From assembly GCA_010093815.1 (NCBI GenBank), contig ML996577.1: a stretch of 64,000 nucleotides of DNA; one strand, given 5' to 3'. Shown here one piece after another: positions 1 through 13,600 of the stretch. The notes under the pieces are model-generated. The model saw nothing but the letters and a program-made list of their open reading frames with translations, had not been told where the DNA came from and ran no database searches. Every line of letters begins with the position of its first letter. Position 1 is the first letter of the stretch. The stretch comes from Pseudovirgaria hyperparasitica. Lineage: Eukaryota. The translations under genes and the position numbers were made by a program.

Positions 1-1294
1 CTGAGTTGTCAAGAAGACGTCGGCAAGTCTGGTTCGTGATGATGAGCAGCTTTGCAAGATATATACGTGCAGGCGTGCGTGACAAGGAAATCTAGCACTC
101 ATGAGCTCCCACGAGTCGATTTTCGGGTTTAAATTTCAACACTACCATTGCCCTAACCCTGGCCCCTGTCGCCGATCTCGATACACCAGATGTCACTAAA
201 CTATATTTGCTGTAGCGCACAATCCTGCGCCTCCTCCCGTCCCGAGGGTTCCAAAGATGAGGTCGATTCCAGCTGTTTGTTTTGACCTCTTGTAGGATAT
301 CGAGGGCTGTTAGATGCTCTCATCACGTTCGCTGAACAACAATCCAGACAATCATGCCCCATACGTATCTCGCTGTCGCGTGCTCATGATACCCATGGAG
401 ATCCGCGGAACCAGCGCTTGAGAGGGGTCGTTCAGACTCGTTCAGTCGTTCTGACTCGATAGGCTCCTGTCGTGCGAGGCTCAAGCTGGGCGTAAGAGTG
501 GTGGCGTGCATAGCTGAACCTGCGAGGCCGTAGCGATCTGCGGATGGAGGCCATGCGGACTGTTAGCTGGCTACGAGACGAAGGTCACCTCAAATTCAGA
601 CGACCAGAACCATGTTTTGCTACATTCGAGCGCCATCGGGCAACATTCATGCTACAAGAGAAAAATGAGGACGAGGATTTGTGCGAGTATTAATGTTTCC
701 TAGGTTAGATCGGAGGGTTATAAGACGGCCAATCGGACCGGATGTTTGTGTTTGTTCGTCGTACTGTTGTTCTGTCTTACATAGGGGCGAGGGGGCAGGG
801 GTAGATAGAAGTGGAGCGGTTCTGTATTTTACGCACCAAGGGCCCCCGATGCTCCTTTGATGCCAGTAGCTTCCATTCGAGGCTGCACGGGCCACAAAGA
901 AAAGATTGATACCATGAAGTAATACCATTCCTCGACCCTAAGCCCATCAGTGCACTCTACGAAGTCCTGAAAACTTGCGCTCATTGCAGTCCTCGCATGG
1001 TCGGCACCTTAGTGTCTCCTTTCTATACGCTCATGGAACCACAACATCTGCGCAATGTAGCTGGGACTCGCTACCGCGTCGCTCTTCGAATGGTTGGAAT
1101 GCAGATGATACCCCAAATAATGCTCCGCACCCCTGATCGGACACCGGACAATGCCAAAATCGATCTGTTTGAGCATTATACGATGCGTTGTTCAAATGTG
1201 AAGTGGTTGAAGAACCATCTCGGTCCCTTTAATTCGACCGGCACTCTTGTGACGCCAAAACTCCCCAGACGCTCCCAGACTCGCTGAACTCGCC

Positions 1295-2647
1295 ATGTCG
1301 TATCTCAAGAGAAAAGGGCTCTCCAGACGATCTTTAAGACATATAATTCTGACATCGCTACTGCTGTGTACGTTGTGGAAACTACATAGCTTCCACAATG
1401 CCGTGGCACGCATCACCCGTCTCGAGCGAGACGCGACATGCGATCATTTTCGGCACATCACTTCAGACATCTTTGTCATGGTTAAGACAGGCTCGTGCGA
1501 GATTAATCATAAGCTACCCATTCACCTCCATACTTCCTTGCGATGCATACCTTCTTATGCCATCTTCTCCGACCATCAGGACGAGTTTCACGGCATCGAG
1601 GTCCACGATGCTTTTGAGGGCCAAGTAAGTCAGAAGATCATGTATGAGTACGAGGAGTTCCACATGTACAGGAAGATGAAAGACGTTGGCGGCTGTTCTG
1701 GTCTCAATGCAACAGACGTTGTGTCCAAAGGTATCGCCAATATCAACGGCAACTCTCAAAATCGCGGTTGGATGCTCGACAGATTCAAGTTTCTGCCTAT
1801 ACTCCGCCAGGCATATCAGTATCGTCCAGAAGCGAAGTGGTACGTACTTATTGAAACGGATGCAACATTTGTTTGGCCCAATTTGCACGATTGGCTTCAA
1901 CACCTGGATCCGAATCTGCCATATTATCTTGGATCGCAGACTCAAATCGGAACTCAGCAGTTTGCCCAAGGCGGAGCTGGGACCATAATTTCGAACGCGG
2001 CGATGAAAAGAGTCGTCGAGCATTTCGAAGCTAATCAGACGTCCCTGGAGAATTTTACAGCAGACCACTGGGCAGGCGACTGTGTGCTCGGAAAGGCTTT
2101 TGAAGACATAGGCATCAAGCTTCTGTGGTCGTGGCCACATCTACTCACAGAAAGCATAGCCGATATCGACTACACAGACGACAAGTACTTCAAGCGGCTC
2201 TGGTGTACCCCGGTACTTTCATATCATCACATGACGTCCGAACAAACGTGGGATCACTGGAAGTTTCAGCGGAGATGGTTTGAACACAACCCTGGCCGCG
2301 TCTTGAAACATTGCGATGTATTCTATAATTATGTTTTGCCTCAATTACAATATCGACGAGAAGCCTGGGACAATGAGTCTGACGGTCTAGTTGAGGTGGA
2401 GAAAAGACCAAGATCTTCGCAGGAATGCAAAGACATATGTCTTGATGATCCTGATTGTCTTCAATACAGGTATTCGGCAGATGGCTGTCGAATGTCCACG
2501 CGTTTTCGTCTAGGCCAAATTGCAGCAAGCAACAGACGAGTTGTGTCGGGTTGGATCCTCGATCGCGTCGAAAACATGGCTGCAAACTTCACATCCTGCA
2601 GCGCAGAAGAAGCAACTTGGGTGACCGAATTCTACGGCTGGTCCTGA
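1295..2647 (+). CDS. Glycosyltransferase family 31 (Fringe/core-1 beta-1,3-galactosyltransferase-like), type II membrane protein
   Basis: Single 450-aa ORF with an N-terminal TM anchor; motifs VMVKTG, GWxLDRFKFLP, KWYVLIETD (DxD-like), FAQGGAG, WAGDCVLG, and a Cys-rich C-terminus typical of fungal GT31 proteins. Confidence 0.85.
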   Translation: MSYLKRKGLSRRSLRHIILTSLLLCTLWKLHSFHNAVARITRLERDATCDHFRHITSDIFVMVKTGSCEINHKLPIHLHTSLRCIPSYAIFSDHQDEFHGIEVHDAFEGQVSQKIMYEYEEFHMYRKMKDVGGCSGLNATDVVSKGIANINGNSQNRGWMLDRFKFLPILRQAYQYRPEAKWYVLIETDATFVWPNLHDWLQHLDPNLPYYLGSQTQIGTQQFAQGGAGTIISNAAMKRVVEHFEANQTSLENFTADHWAGDCVLGKAFEDIGIKLLWSWPHLLTESIADIDYTDDKYFKRLWCTPVLSYHHMTSEQTWDHWKFQRRWFEHNPGRVLKHCDVFYNYVLPQLQYRREAWDNESDGLVEVEKRPRSSQECKDICLDDPDCLQYRYSADGCRMSTRFRLGQIAASNRRVVSGWILDRVENMAANFTSCSAEEATWVTEFYGWS

Positions 2648-2702
2648 TCGACACAGTTCTCATATAGCCGCCTGACGAATGACCTCCCTACGTCATCACA
2701 TC

Positions 2703-3551
2703 CTACGCTTTTCGTGACTTCGCAAAGTATCTCGAGGTATCGCCTAACGGAAGCTCGATGATCGTATCATTGATCAACAAATGCAGAGTCAAGTACCTGT
2801 ACACATCAGCATCTCCCACTCGACAAAGAGTTCAATCAGACTCACCACCCAACCAACCCAGCCAAAAACGCCATCACCCCGCCTACCTTTTTCGTTGCCG
2901 TACTTGCCTCAGCATACCCATCCGCTGCTGCAAAGTAGCTCACAGCAATGAACAAGAAGGCCAACTCGACAAACACAAAAATCAAAATGTACACCAAGTT
3001 CGTTGGCAGCACTGCGATCAAGAACATTAACACAAATACCGTCCATAGGATCACAAAGAATCCAAGCGCATTGTTGTACTCGCGCATGTCTCCGCCATAC
3101 GCTTCTTGCACGCCGAAGGAAGGTGTGATGATGGCGCCGTAGCCGCCGTAGAACAAGCCGAATGCGCTGAATATAGAATATGCAAGGCCGTTCCGCGCAA
3201 AGGCCATCTCCCATTGCGCGGTAATGAGGAGACCGAGGGCGGCAACGAAGAAGAAGTTACCGATATAGACGTTTGTGGTTGTTACACCACGCCATTCCAT
3301 GAGGGAGAGAGAAAGGGTTGTGAGAGTCGTGGCAAAGCCGCCGATTGCGAGTGAAGTCTAATTCTGGTTAAAATCCAGGGGTATGTAGACAGACCATCAA
3401 TGGAGAAGCATACACCTGAACCAAGCGGCCGTGGACCACCTTCTGCCGGTGCATGATTGTTTTTCGGTGCCTGATGCTCGAGATCACTCTGCACCTTCGT
3501 TGGCTTTTCCGCCCGCCACTGCATCGTGGATGTTTCCGTCGAGCTGGACAT
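2703..3551 (-). CDS. GPR1/FUN34/YaaH (Ato/SatP) family acetate/ammonium transporter, 3 exons
   Basis: Spliced product MSSSTET...PLGSG|TSLAIGGFATTLTTLSLSLMEWRGV...AGLVGW|YLTLHLL...LPLGDTSRYFAKSRKA*. Introns at about 3359-3413 (GTATGC..TAG) and 2797-2845 (GTGAGT..CAG). Motifs AQWEM, FGLFYGGYG, YNNALGFF. Confidence 0.88.
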
Positions 3552-4766
3552 TTAACAGAATCAACCTGGAAAAGCTGTGGGATTCTGAGATCGCAAATTA
3601 CTCAATTGGGAACACAGAAAACATGTTTTGGATCTACCGTGGGGTCTGGGGTAGATAAGGCCCTGCTGGAGCCTCCAATTGCGTGCTCGCCATACACAGC
3701 GATCGCAATCCACCATGATGGAGTTGCGAGAGGAGATGCGCCGGCTTGTGGACAGTCTGCGTTAGGCTCGTCAGGATCAACCAGAAATTGCCATAGGGTT
3801 TTATTTGCACATGTAACATGTCAATAGTAACAGTTCGCGCAGGTCAAGGGCAACATATCTATACAAGCAACGATAGGTATGCATATGACCGTTCAATCTA
3901 CCACAAATCAGCCTCTGATCCCGTCTCTACATTTTTATTCAACAGTGAACTCCCCTTTTTATTGGCGCGATCTAACGTATCATGCTCGATTTTGGTTACC
4001 TTGGATGTCTGTGACAGGCTTGTTGGCCTATCACGCTAGACTTAGCCGGGATTGCGTCATGAGTGTCGTTATCACAACATCAACAGCAACACCGTCCCTT
4101 CACAAATGCTAGAACCATGCTCTGTTCTACAGAGTACTCAGTTTCCACCTATTCCAGCTCCGTCAAACTGCTAATTTCTCTTCTGGCTATCCTCATGTCA
4201 ACGACTATGGGAACTAGAGAATGCGGATATAGACTTCTATATATACTCATCACTTATAGGGCTACTTTACCAGAAGTCTGTTTACTATATGACGATGCTC
4301 TTATAGAGTACAGAGAGAATCCCTTCAGAGGAGGTTGAAAGCAATTCATGACTAGTCGGAACACGTTCGTGCTCTGCATTCGTCACTATTATTATCATAC
4401 TTAATAAGTGGCCCATGGATAATACGTCACAAAGTAACAGGCAGTAAATGATCATAAGAACGTCCGTTAGATTACCCACATTGAGAGACATAACTCTAAT
4501 CATTTGCAGCTCCTGTGTCTGAACCTGTATAGAACCAGTGCACAACTTTCTGAATATGGTTCCACACTACCTCGTTACCGGCTTTGAGCATCACTATGAG
4601 ATTTCGAGACTCTCATGCTATAAAGAGCAGCATCATAGCCTAGAGACCAATAAACAGAGATAGTTCCTGTTGGGACAAGCAATTACAACTCCGCCACGAA
4701 GAACACGGCAAGGAGCTAGCGAGATGGATACAAAGAACAAGCTTGCTTTGGTTCTCAACACTCAAT

Positions 4767-5410
4767 CTAGCTATCCAAGCCTGGGCATTTCTCACTCGTC
4801 TGACTCGTAACACCCGCATCGTACGAATATGGATCCGTCCATATGATATCAAATCTACAGCATCACTTAGTAGCGCACCATAACAGTCAAATCTCACATG
4901 GAAGCCCTACCTGTCACTCGGATACGAAGGAACATTGTCCTTCTTCGCACCCAACTCATCCACAATATCACTCAACGCATCATGCTCCCAGCATATCAAG
5001 ATATTGCCACTTCCCTTATACCCCTTGACGACATTCTCAACACAGCTCGCGTTGTCGCGGTCGCACGATGTGTCGACAGGCAGACCGAGATCAGCGGCTA
5101 GGGGGGTTACGGTGTCGTATGGACGCTTACGAGAGCCATCTGAGACTGTTAGTCATGTGTTCATTGTTAAGTGCGGAGTTCGGCGATGTATTGTACCGGC
5201 CTTGTATGTCTGTGCCATGATGTTTCCGATGTTATACGACGAGCTCTTGCCAAACACAGATCGGAGGCACTGAGCACGCTGCATTCCAGCGGCGCTGAGG
5301 CCGTTTCCACTGGAGGGCTTTTCGCCGTGCCTTATGAGATAGACGGTAGGCTGTGCTGCTGCGACAACGCTGACGAGAGCAAGCTGGGCGAGGATGGTGT
5401 AGATCTGCAT
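4767..5410 (-). CDS. Secreted phosphoglycerate-mutase-like (histidine phosphatase) small protein, 3 exons
   Basis: Signal peptide followed by VYLIRHGEKP (RHG motif). Splicing out introns at about 5140-5196 and 4855-4910 gives ...RPYDTVTPLAADLG...ILICWEH...RFDIIWTDPY...EKCPGLDS*. Confidence 0.85.
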
Positions 5411-6049
5411 GGTTGTTGGTGGAGTGGAAAGGTACAGATTGGTCTTCTGTTGAAAGCATCCTTGTAGTCATTATATATATATATGTCCCACCATTGGGGT
5501 TCTCCACGGATGTGTCAAAACTAGAGTAAGTACTCCCAGGTTCACTGCTCTGTTGCTCGGGTAGATATTCCTTTCGTACTACTTCTTCGAAGAGACGAGC
5601 CAATAGGCATTGGTATCATCGTACACATGGGTGGGAGGACTGACAAGCTGCTTAAACGTGACAAGCTTTACTTAAGCTTTTGACAAGTATGTTTATCGTA
5701 GAGCAGATCGTTGTGTCGATCCCGTAGAAATGATATCGAATCAATCGAGCACGTTTCAGCTTGGGGTGGGATAGGGGACGAGAAGTACGGGTCAGTGCTA
5801 TATTGTACACTTACATAGCTGGTCCATAAGAGACTCCATTCCTTTTGGAGGATCATCTCGTGTAGCGAGAACTTAGGAGTAATATGTTGACATTAACAAG
5901 ACCTTGTCAGCATAAGGCTTGACCAGATATGTGTGTGTGAAGTCATCAAACCTACTTTCCCTAGCCGCCGAAGCCGTCGCTAGCCATTCTCTGAATAGCC
6001 CACTCAAGCAATTCTCGAGCAGCAATCTTGGTTCATCGACGCTTTCCGT

Positions 6050-7817
6050 TCATTCAGAATGGGGGCAAACGGAGCGAGCTTTTCTCCATGCCATTCCCTT
6101 CAGTTGAAGTACATAAAGCAGTGGTACAGTGGCCAATGCGATACCTCCAAATAAGCTGAAACATCCACCAGGCCCAAGAAATGTGACCATTTTGGACAGC
6201 GCAGCGAGGCCACCTCCCGAAAGAGCGCAACGAACCAGATTTGCGGCGGCACTGGCGGTGGCAGGTCTTTCAGAGTTTGTGTCGATGAGCAATGTGCCGA
6301 GACACTATCAATGTTTGTTACTCCAGGCTTTTGCCCAAACTTGTCAAGACTCACGTTAAAAATGAGGGTAGTAAACGCGCCAATGAGGAACTGAAGAGCG
6401 AGAGCTACGGAAAAATGCTATAGCTGTTAGTACGGATCATCTTATAAGGGGCTATAAAAAGGGTATCAGTATATGCTTACCACATGTTGGTCTAACGCCC
6501 AGCCGTACCCTATTGTACAAGCTGCCATGATACAAATGAAGTAATACGAACTCCTAAGACGCGCCCTTTCGATCGGAAAGATTAGTAGATCATCCCCACG
6601 GACTTTGTCAACTGTGAAGCCGGAATCTTTCGCAACTGCGCAGTACTCTCTGTCCATAACCCGACCTATTGGGTGTTAAGCATTGGTGGATTGCTCGCCG
6701 TAGTCCACTACTCACCAGACAGGTATGAAGCTATCGCACATCCGATTCCAAAGGGAATATATATGACACCAGCCTCCAGTTCGCTGAAACTATATATAGA
6801 CATAAAAAGCGAAGAAAGTGAGGCTTGCAGGCAACAGTAGATCATATAAAAAATCCCGTTGATGAACAAAATTATGAATGCATGCAGGTCAAGTAAAACC
6901 TTGAAGCATGGGAGTAGACTTGGGATGCGACATTTCCGGCGTTGTGTCTCGTTTATCGATGTTGATCGATTTTGGTTTTTGGGCATGCGCACTAGAGTCC
7001 GATTCACCCCTAATGGACGAACACTGCCATTTCCAACAATGTTACGAGCTGTCTCGGGTAAGAAGCCCAGGAGAAACATCAAGCAGAAGCCTGAAATTAT
7101 GGAAAGGGCCCAAAATATCCAGCGCCATCCAGCATACTGTGCAATTATACCCCCAATGACCGGACCAAGACTCGGAGCTATATTTGGACTGCGTTCAATT
7201 AGTTGAGTGTAAGGGTAAATTATACCACCATATGACTTACCCGAGTAGGACGGCACCGACGTAGGACCCACGCTCAGCTGGGGATGCAATATCTGAAACT
7301 ACTGCATAGCCCAGGGAAATCGTTCCTGATACCGTTTAGTAATGAAGGGTACTTTATATTGATGTCCTGTAGTACCCGAAGATCCAGCACTTTGTAGCAT
7401 ACGCAATACTAGCAACGCAGGGTACGCATTCTGGACGGCAAGCCCAATGTTGGCTACAAGGTAGATACTGAATGCTACCAGGTAGACGGGCCTTCTTCCA
7501 ACCGTATCTGCGACGTCCCCAAGTAATGAGGGAATGATGCCTGACACAACCTGATACGAAGTGATGGTCCAGTTGATCTTTTCAATAGTCGTGCCTAGGC
7601 CGGCAGCGAGGGAATCTATGGCTGGATAGTAGATGAAGCTGCTTAGTGGTGAGAACATTCCCGCAAAAGCGATGATAAGCACAATGCATCTTTTCTCGAC
7701 CCTTGAGAAGATAGAAAAATCTTCTGCCGATATGTTCTGTCCACTGGCCGAGGACTGATGTACCTCGTCTTTGCTTTCCTCATCTCGAGACGCTTCAGTC
7801 TCAGTCATTACACCCAT
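6050..7817 (-). CDS. MFS multidrug transporter (DHA1 family), multi-exon
   Basis: ORF pieces 7299-7823, 6708-7289, 6466-6657 and 6050-6292 join via GT-AG introns. Motifs FSPLSSFIYYPA, GDVADTVGRRP, LRMLQSAGSS, SDIASPAERG, GPVIGGIIAQYAGWRWIFW, PET. Confidence 0.88.
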
Positions 7818-8321
7818 GGACACAATGGGTAAGCTGAGGAAACCTTCTTGGCCTATCTTGTTGATGTCTATAGTTTCACTTTAGCAGCGGTTATGTTAGT
7901 CCGGCTTTGTTGCGCAGTGTGCCACGCCACATTAGGTACACTCGGTCCAACCAATCAGGCATCTTGACCGTATCTTGATTCCACGTGACTCTACTTCTTT
8001 GATAATGCGTTCGGCCTGAGATGACCTAAGAAAAGCTCAGATGCGGCCTGCAGCTTCCTATGTGCGAGAGCATATGTCCTTGTAAAGTTGTACACAGAAG
8101 CAATGATATTGTGGTCACTCGGGTACTCTGAGTATATTTTACGGTAGTCGAAGTGAGAACATACTCCGACACTGATCTGTTTGTTGTTTTCACGAGAAGA
8201 TGTATCATGAAACTTCTGGAAACTAAATTTAGCGTGTAGCGGATCATCAGCGACTCTCTCGACTCAAGCTCCTCTTGTGGCAAAAGGAGTCCAGCATTTG
8301 GGTTTAGGGGCCTACTGGCTT

Positions 8322-9569
8322 TCAGTATTCTCCTCGTTGAATCGAAGCCCGTCTATCGACCCCGTCCCGGCCCCATGGCTTGGTATTGAACCCATCTGGA
8401 ATACTTGGGTCGACCTCACCCATAACATCGCTTCTTGGAAGGCCCTCACCATCAGGAAATGGGGCATACTTATCAACAAGATAGCACATATCATTGTATG
8501 CCCTGTGTTTCGTCAGTTGCGCTCAACTCTCCAGAAGACTAAACTTACGTTTCTCTTACGATAGTTCCGGGATGATGGGCGGCATGAATGACATTCATCT
8601 TGATACAGTAGAGTCTGTTCCTATCCTCAAATTCATCAACTGGTTCGCTGATGCCCATATAATGTAGGTATTGCTGTTTGTAGTCGTGGGACTTGATACG
8701 CTGACGCTCACACCTCCACATACCCAACTCCATCTCATTGTGCGCATAGTATGCCCCAGCATCGAAGATATATATGTTGCCGGTGGCCATATTCGTGCCA
8801 ATGTTCCCTTCCCAAAGGTCCCCATGTATCAAGCATGGCTTCAGAGTGCGACCTTCTGACTGGAGAACCCCGAGCAATCGTGGAACGACATGCGACACCG
8901 TTCGAGCTGCAATCTCCTCGTATTCTTTCCAAGTAGGACTTCTCTCAATATCGATAGCCAAGGCGGTCTGCAGCATTCTACCGAAAAAAGACGACCAGTT
9001 AGCATCCCAATCCACAGCTTGTGGGAATCTGCCATGACAGGTCGGCGTGTGGAACCCGAATTTGCCCGTCGGTGAGACACTGCTCTTGTGCAGCTCCGTA
9101 AGTTTAGAGCAGAACTGGATGGGCTCAGGAAGTTTGTTTGTCATCTCGATAAAGTCACAGAGGAAAAAGAATATTGGATGGTTAAAGTTTGCATATTGAC
9201 CCCAAGCAATTGGAAATGGTACAAAGGACGGCAAGCTTTTGTACAGCTCTTTCATTGAGCGGAACTCGCCTTCTACCATCATTTTACCAGCATCATCAGT
9301 TGCTAGCTTTAGGAAGAAATTCTTCAGAGATCCATCTGCCATTCTCGCCTGTAATCGTGCCGTAGCTGTCCAGGCTGAGAAGCCATAGCTATGTGCTGAT
9401 AGAACTTTAGCTCCTTCAGGTAGGGCTGCACAAGCATCTATCAGTGCGACATTGTGGGAATTTAGAGTTTATGTTCACCTGCAATGACGTTTTCGTCAAT
9501 TGGAAAGTCCCCTTCCACGCCAGAGGAGCCAAATTTCAGCTTGACGATGTCGTGCACGGTTATAGACAT
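8322..9569 (-). CDS. Fructosamine/ketosamine-3-kinase family protein, 3 exons
   Basis: Motifs FFLK, GEFRSM, SPTGKFGFHTPTCHG, PCLIHGDLWEGN, YYAHNEMELG. Introns at about 9426-9478 and 8503-8548 link ATG 9569 to the stop at 8322. Confidence 0.88.
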
Positions 9570-10666
9570 AGTGACTAGAACTTCTTTGAAACACCCAGAT
9601 TTTGAAGCCAGCCTTGGCCTGTTCTGATCGTTGCTGTTCGTCGCATATGTATGTTGAAAGGCTACTCAAAATTCGACGACAAGCACGAAGAAGCTATGCC
9701 TTCTTCGCGCTTTTGGTGCCAGGCTATTTCTTGGCGTACTACGTGTCAGCCGATCAGGCATAATACACATACAGACATCTTGAAAGTGGCTGCTATCAAT
9801 ACCTGAAATGTTTATAGATACGAAGCTAATATATGGTTACACGTGAATGTTTACACTTTAATGCAGATCAGTATGAGACTAAATATACAGAAGGTATAAG
9901 ATTGTTCTTTTTACTCCTATCTTCCAGACTTCTACTGCAGTAAGATGTTCTTGGATAAAGTCTTATAGTTCGGATAGTGACCACGAGATGTTCTTGAATC
10001 ACGAGTTAAGCGTAGAAAACATTGATTAGCTTCATATACTAGGTAGTTTCGTTAGATCCAACGCTTGCAAGGGCCAAATCTTGATGAGCAGATGTATTAG
10101 AACTAAGCATGCCAAGGTTATTATGTGTTCTGAGATGCACGAATCTATAGCCCTGCGCGGGGTCACCCATGGATGTAGGCTGCTGACTAGGTGCACAGGG
10201 CTGCATAAGATTGAATCGTCAATTCTTGCAAAGATGCATAGCCGAGTGCAAATTCAATTACGTGAAGAAGCCTGTTACATTTACATTCATGTCTCGCGCT
10301 CGGTAGAGCAGTCCATTTCGTGCATTCATGGTACGATGCTAAAGTCCGATACACTATTACGCCGCAATGCATTCTAGCTGACTTTGGGTACTAGTGGAAC
10401 AAGATTCGGGGGAAGGTACGAAGGACTACTCCAAAGGGCGGTATTCTAGAAAATCCGGGAAGACCTAAGAGTCCACATCCAAGTGAACGCCCACCAAACT
10501 CGCGATCTACTGCCGATGAGCAAGAGATCGCAGCGGCAGACCACGTGAAACGTCCAACCTACTGATGTGGGATTCCTATTAGGTAATCCTCATTACTCAG
10601 AACTTATTCAGCGTTGGGCACGTATACATAGCACATAGATAGACTCAGTAGACACGTCAATCAATT

Positions 10667-13600
10667 TTGCCACGTCTAATTTACCAAAGTTCCCACACTG
10701 ATGCCGTCTACCGAAACTCTGCAGTCAGTGTACAAAGCACCTACTTGAGTTGTGCCGACCACTCGACGTCTTCAATTGCATCGATACGAGGAACGCGATC
10801 GTTAACACCATGGGAGGAACAGAAAGACCCACTAGGCCTCAATGTCGTCTGGGAGCCTGAAAAGCCTCGATCTCTTGACATAATACTCGTTCATGGCCTT
10901 GGCGGAACCAGTAGATCGACCTGGTCAAAGGATAGGGACCCAGAAAACTTCTGGCCAGGGAAATGGCTGCCTCAGGAACCAGAAATATGCACTGCTCGCG
11001 TACTATCGTTCGGCTATGATGCTGATTGGAGGTCTACCGCAGGAAAGACGATTTTCAGCATCACGGATTTCGCGAAGGAACTGCTGTTCTCAATGAAATT
11101 CGCAAAGCATGGAGACAAAGCACTCGAAGATCTTGGTATAGGACAGGTAAGTCACTTAATGGCTGCTCAAAGTGATCGGACAGAAATTGACTCAAAACAG
11201 GCTCCCATCATATTCATAGTACATTCCATGGGTGGGATTGTTGTCAAGCAGGTAGGCACACTATCACCAATGGAAATACTAGGCATATCTGACCGGATAG
11301 GCCTATATACTAGGTCAGCATGACCCTGATTATATTGACTTGGTGAAAGCAATTAGTGCTATTGTATTTCTCTCCACACCGCACAGAGGTTCAAATCTTG
11401 CCGAACTTCTCAACCGCATCTTATCTGCCTCTTTTCTAAAGTTCACGCCAAAACGGTATATAGCAGAGATCAACAAGAATTCGCTATCGTTAGAGCAGAT
11501 CAATGAACAATTTCGAAGGATAGCGCCAACAATACAGATTGTCTCTTTCTATGAAACGTTAGAGACTGTGATCGGTCCTAAGAGAGTGGTGCGTGGTCCA
11601 AGCTATCTAGCTCTCTCCCCGCGTGACTGATCTTGCCTACAGATGGTAGTAGAGAAAGGTTCGGCGGTTCTTGGCTACCCAGGCGAAATTTCAAGATCTT
11701 TGAACGCAGATCACCACAATATCTGCAAGTATACTAGTAAAACTGATCCAAATTATATTAGTGCGCGAGACCTGCTCAAAACGCTAATCGACAGGCTTCG
11801 GACCACGGGCAAGTCTCTTTTCGTAGAACTGTAATTTATCATTAGCTTACGTACATAAACAGGACTTTCTTCCACAAGGAGTTTATGTTCGCCTGAGGAC
11901 AGTGCATATATCGAAACTCTACTAGCCGTGAAAGAACCACCAGACGATGACTACAATTACTTCCAGGCACATGCGGATGGATATTGGAGCATAGGACATT
12001 CGTCGATTGGGTACACCCTCCAACTACGAGCAAAGTCCTATGGACACACGCTCTTCCGGCTAGTGGTAAATCGATTCTTTCAACTTTCATCATCAGTCAC
12101 CTACGACAACTTGGGCTCTCGTGTCATTTCTTCTTTTTCAGATTCGCAGACCAAGCAAAGCAGTCTCCAAATGCTTGCTTGCGATCACTTGCCTTGCAAA
12201 TCGCTCGGGATATACCCCAGATTCGCAGCACACTGAAGGCTATGGCTTTACATGGACAAAGGCTTGAGAAAGCGGATGCACGTACCATTTGGCAGAAGGT
12301 TTTCACATCAACGATGTGTAAAGTACCTTCCGACCCTATATACTGGGTTATTGATGCTCTAGACGAGTGCGACTCGCCTCAAGTGCTATTGCTATTGTTT
12401 GCGAGCTTGTCCTCCTGGAGGATACCAGTCCGTATACTCGTTGTTAGTCGCCATGCCCAGCCGTTAGCTTCAGCATTTGATAGACTTAATGAATCGTTAC
12501 CTGTGAGGCAGATATCAGTAACAGGGAAGGAATATGATATCCGGCTATTCGTGGAATATCGACTACGATACCAACGCTGGGACCAGGACTTTCGACATCA
12601 GATAACCGAAAAGATACTACAAAGAGCTGCGAGCAATTTTCTATGGGTTACGCTTGCTGTCGAAGAAGTCCTGAAAAGACATACATTCGAAGATATAGAT
12701 CGGGCTATCGAGGAGATGCCGAATGGTATGCAGGAGATGTATAGACGTATGGATGCATCCATTGCGAAGGATTCCGGTACCAATGACGAAAAGTTGGCAC
12801 GGACACTGCTTACCTGGGCAATCTGCTCGCGAAGGATTATGAACTTGAGGGAATTGTCCGATGCTTTACGAAACGAATTTCCCACAGTCCCTGACCTTCG
12901 CCATACTGTTCCTGAAATCTGTGGTCAATTTGTTGTTGTAGATACCAACCACAACGTCGTAATGATCCATGAAACAGCCCGAGACTTCCTCACCAATACT
13001 TCGGATATTAGCTTCTACATTGACACCCGCGTCGGTCACGAAGTCCTCTTCACACGATGCCTGAACTACTTAATGGATACAAGACTGCGAAGCAAAATCA
13101 ACCAGAGCTCTATACCATTGAGTCAAGGATTCTTACTCTATGCTGCAACTTCATGGTCTTTTCATCTGAGTTGTACCTCCAGCATATCAAGCGAGGCCAT
13201 ATCACTCTTAAAAAGGTTTTTTCGGAGCCGGCATGTATTGTCTTGGATTCAAGTACTTGCTTCAGTAGATCAACTTGGAGTACTTGTATACTCATCGCAG
13301 GCTCTCAGCCATACCGTTTCTCACAAGCGGAAAAATGAAACAAAGAGCGCGCTAGAAGACCTACAAGACATCGAACTTCTCGATGCATGGTCCGTGGATC
13401 TACGTAAGGTCATGGGTAAATTCGGACTCAACTTGTTGCAAGAACCGTCAGGAATTAACCGTTTAATTCCTCAATTTTGCCCACGCAACTCTATGCTCTT
13501 CCGCCAATTCGCAGAGGATAATTTGGCCACTCCATTCAATATTGCTGGATTATCTTATGATGACTGGGATGATTCATTAGCTAAGATCAATTTCTCTCGT

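Noticed and set aside
190..930. Possible small spliced minus-strand gene (GTATGG..CTAACAG intron-like signals)
   Set aside because: No coherent start-to-stop model or recognisable protein could be built.
9780..10480. AT-rich patch upstream of the NLR as a transposon or Starship boundary
   Set aside because: No TIR/LTR pair, transposase or tyrosine-recombinase captain gene is visible in the window.
12050..12075. NACHT Walker A reads ALPASGKS rather than GxxGxGKS
   Set aside because: A..ASGKS variants are common in this hydrolase-NACHT-WD family as I recall it, so this is not evidence of inactivation.
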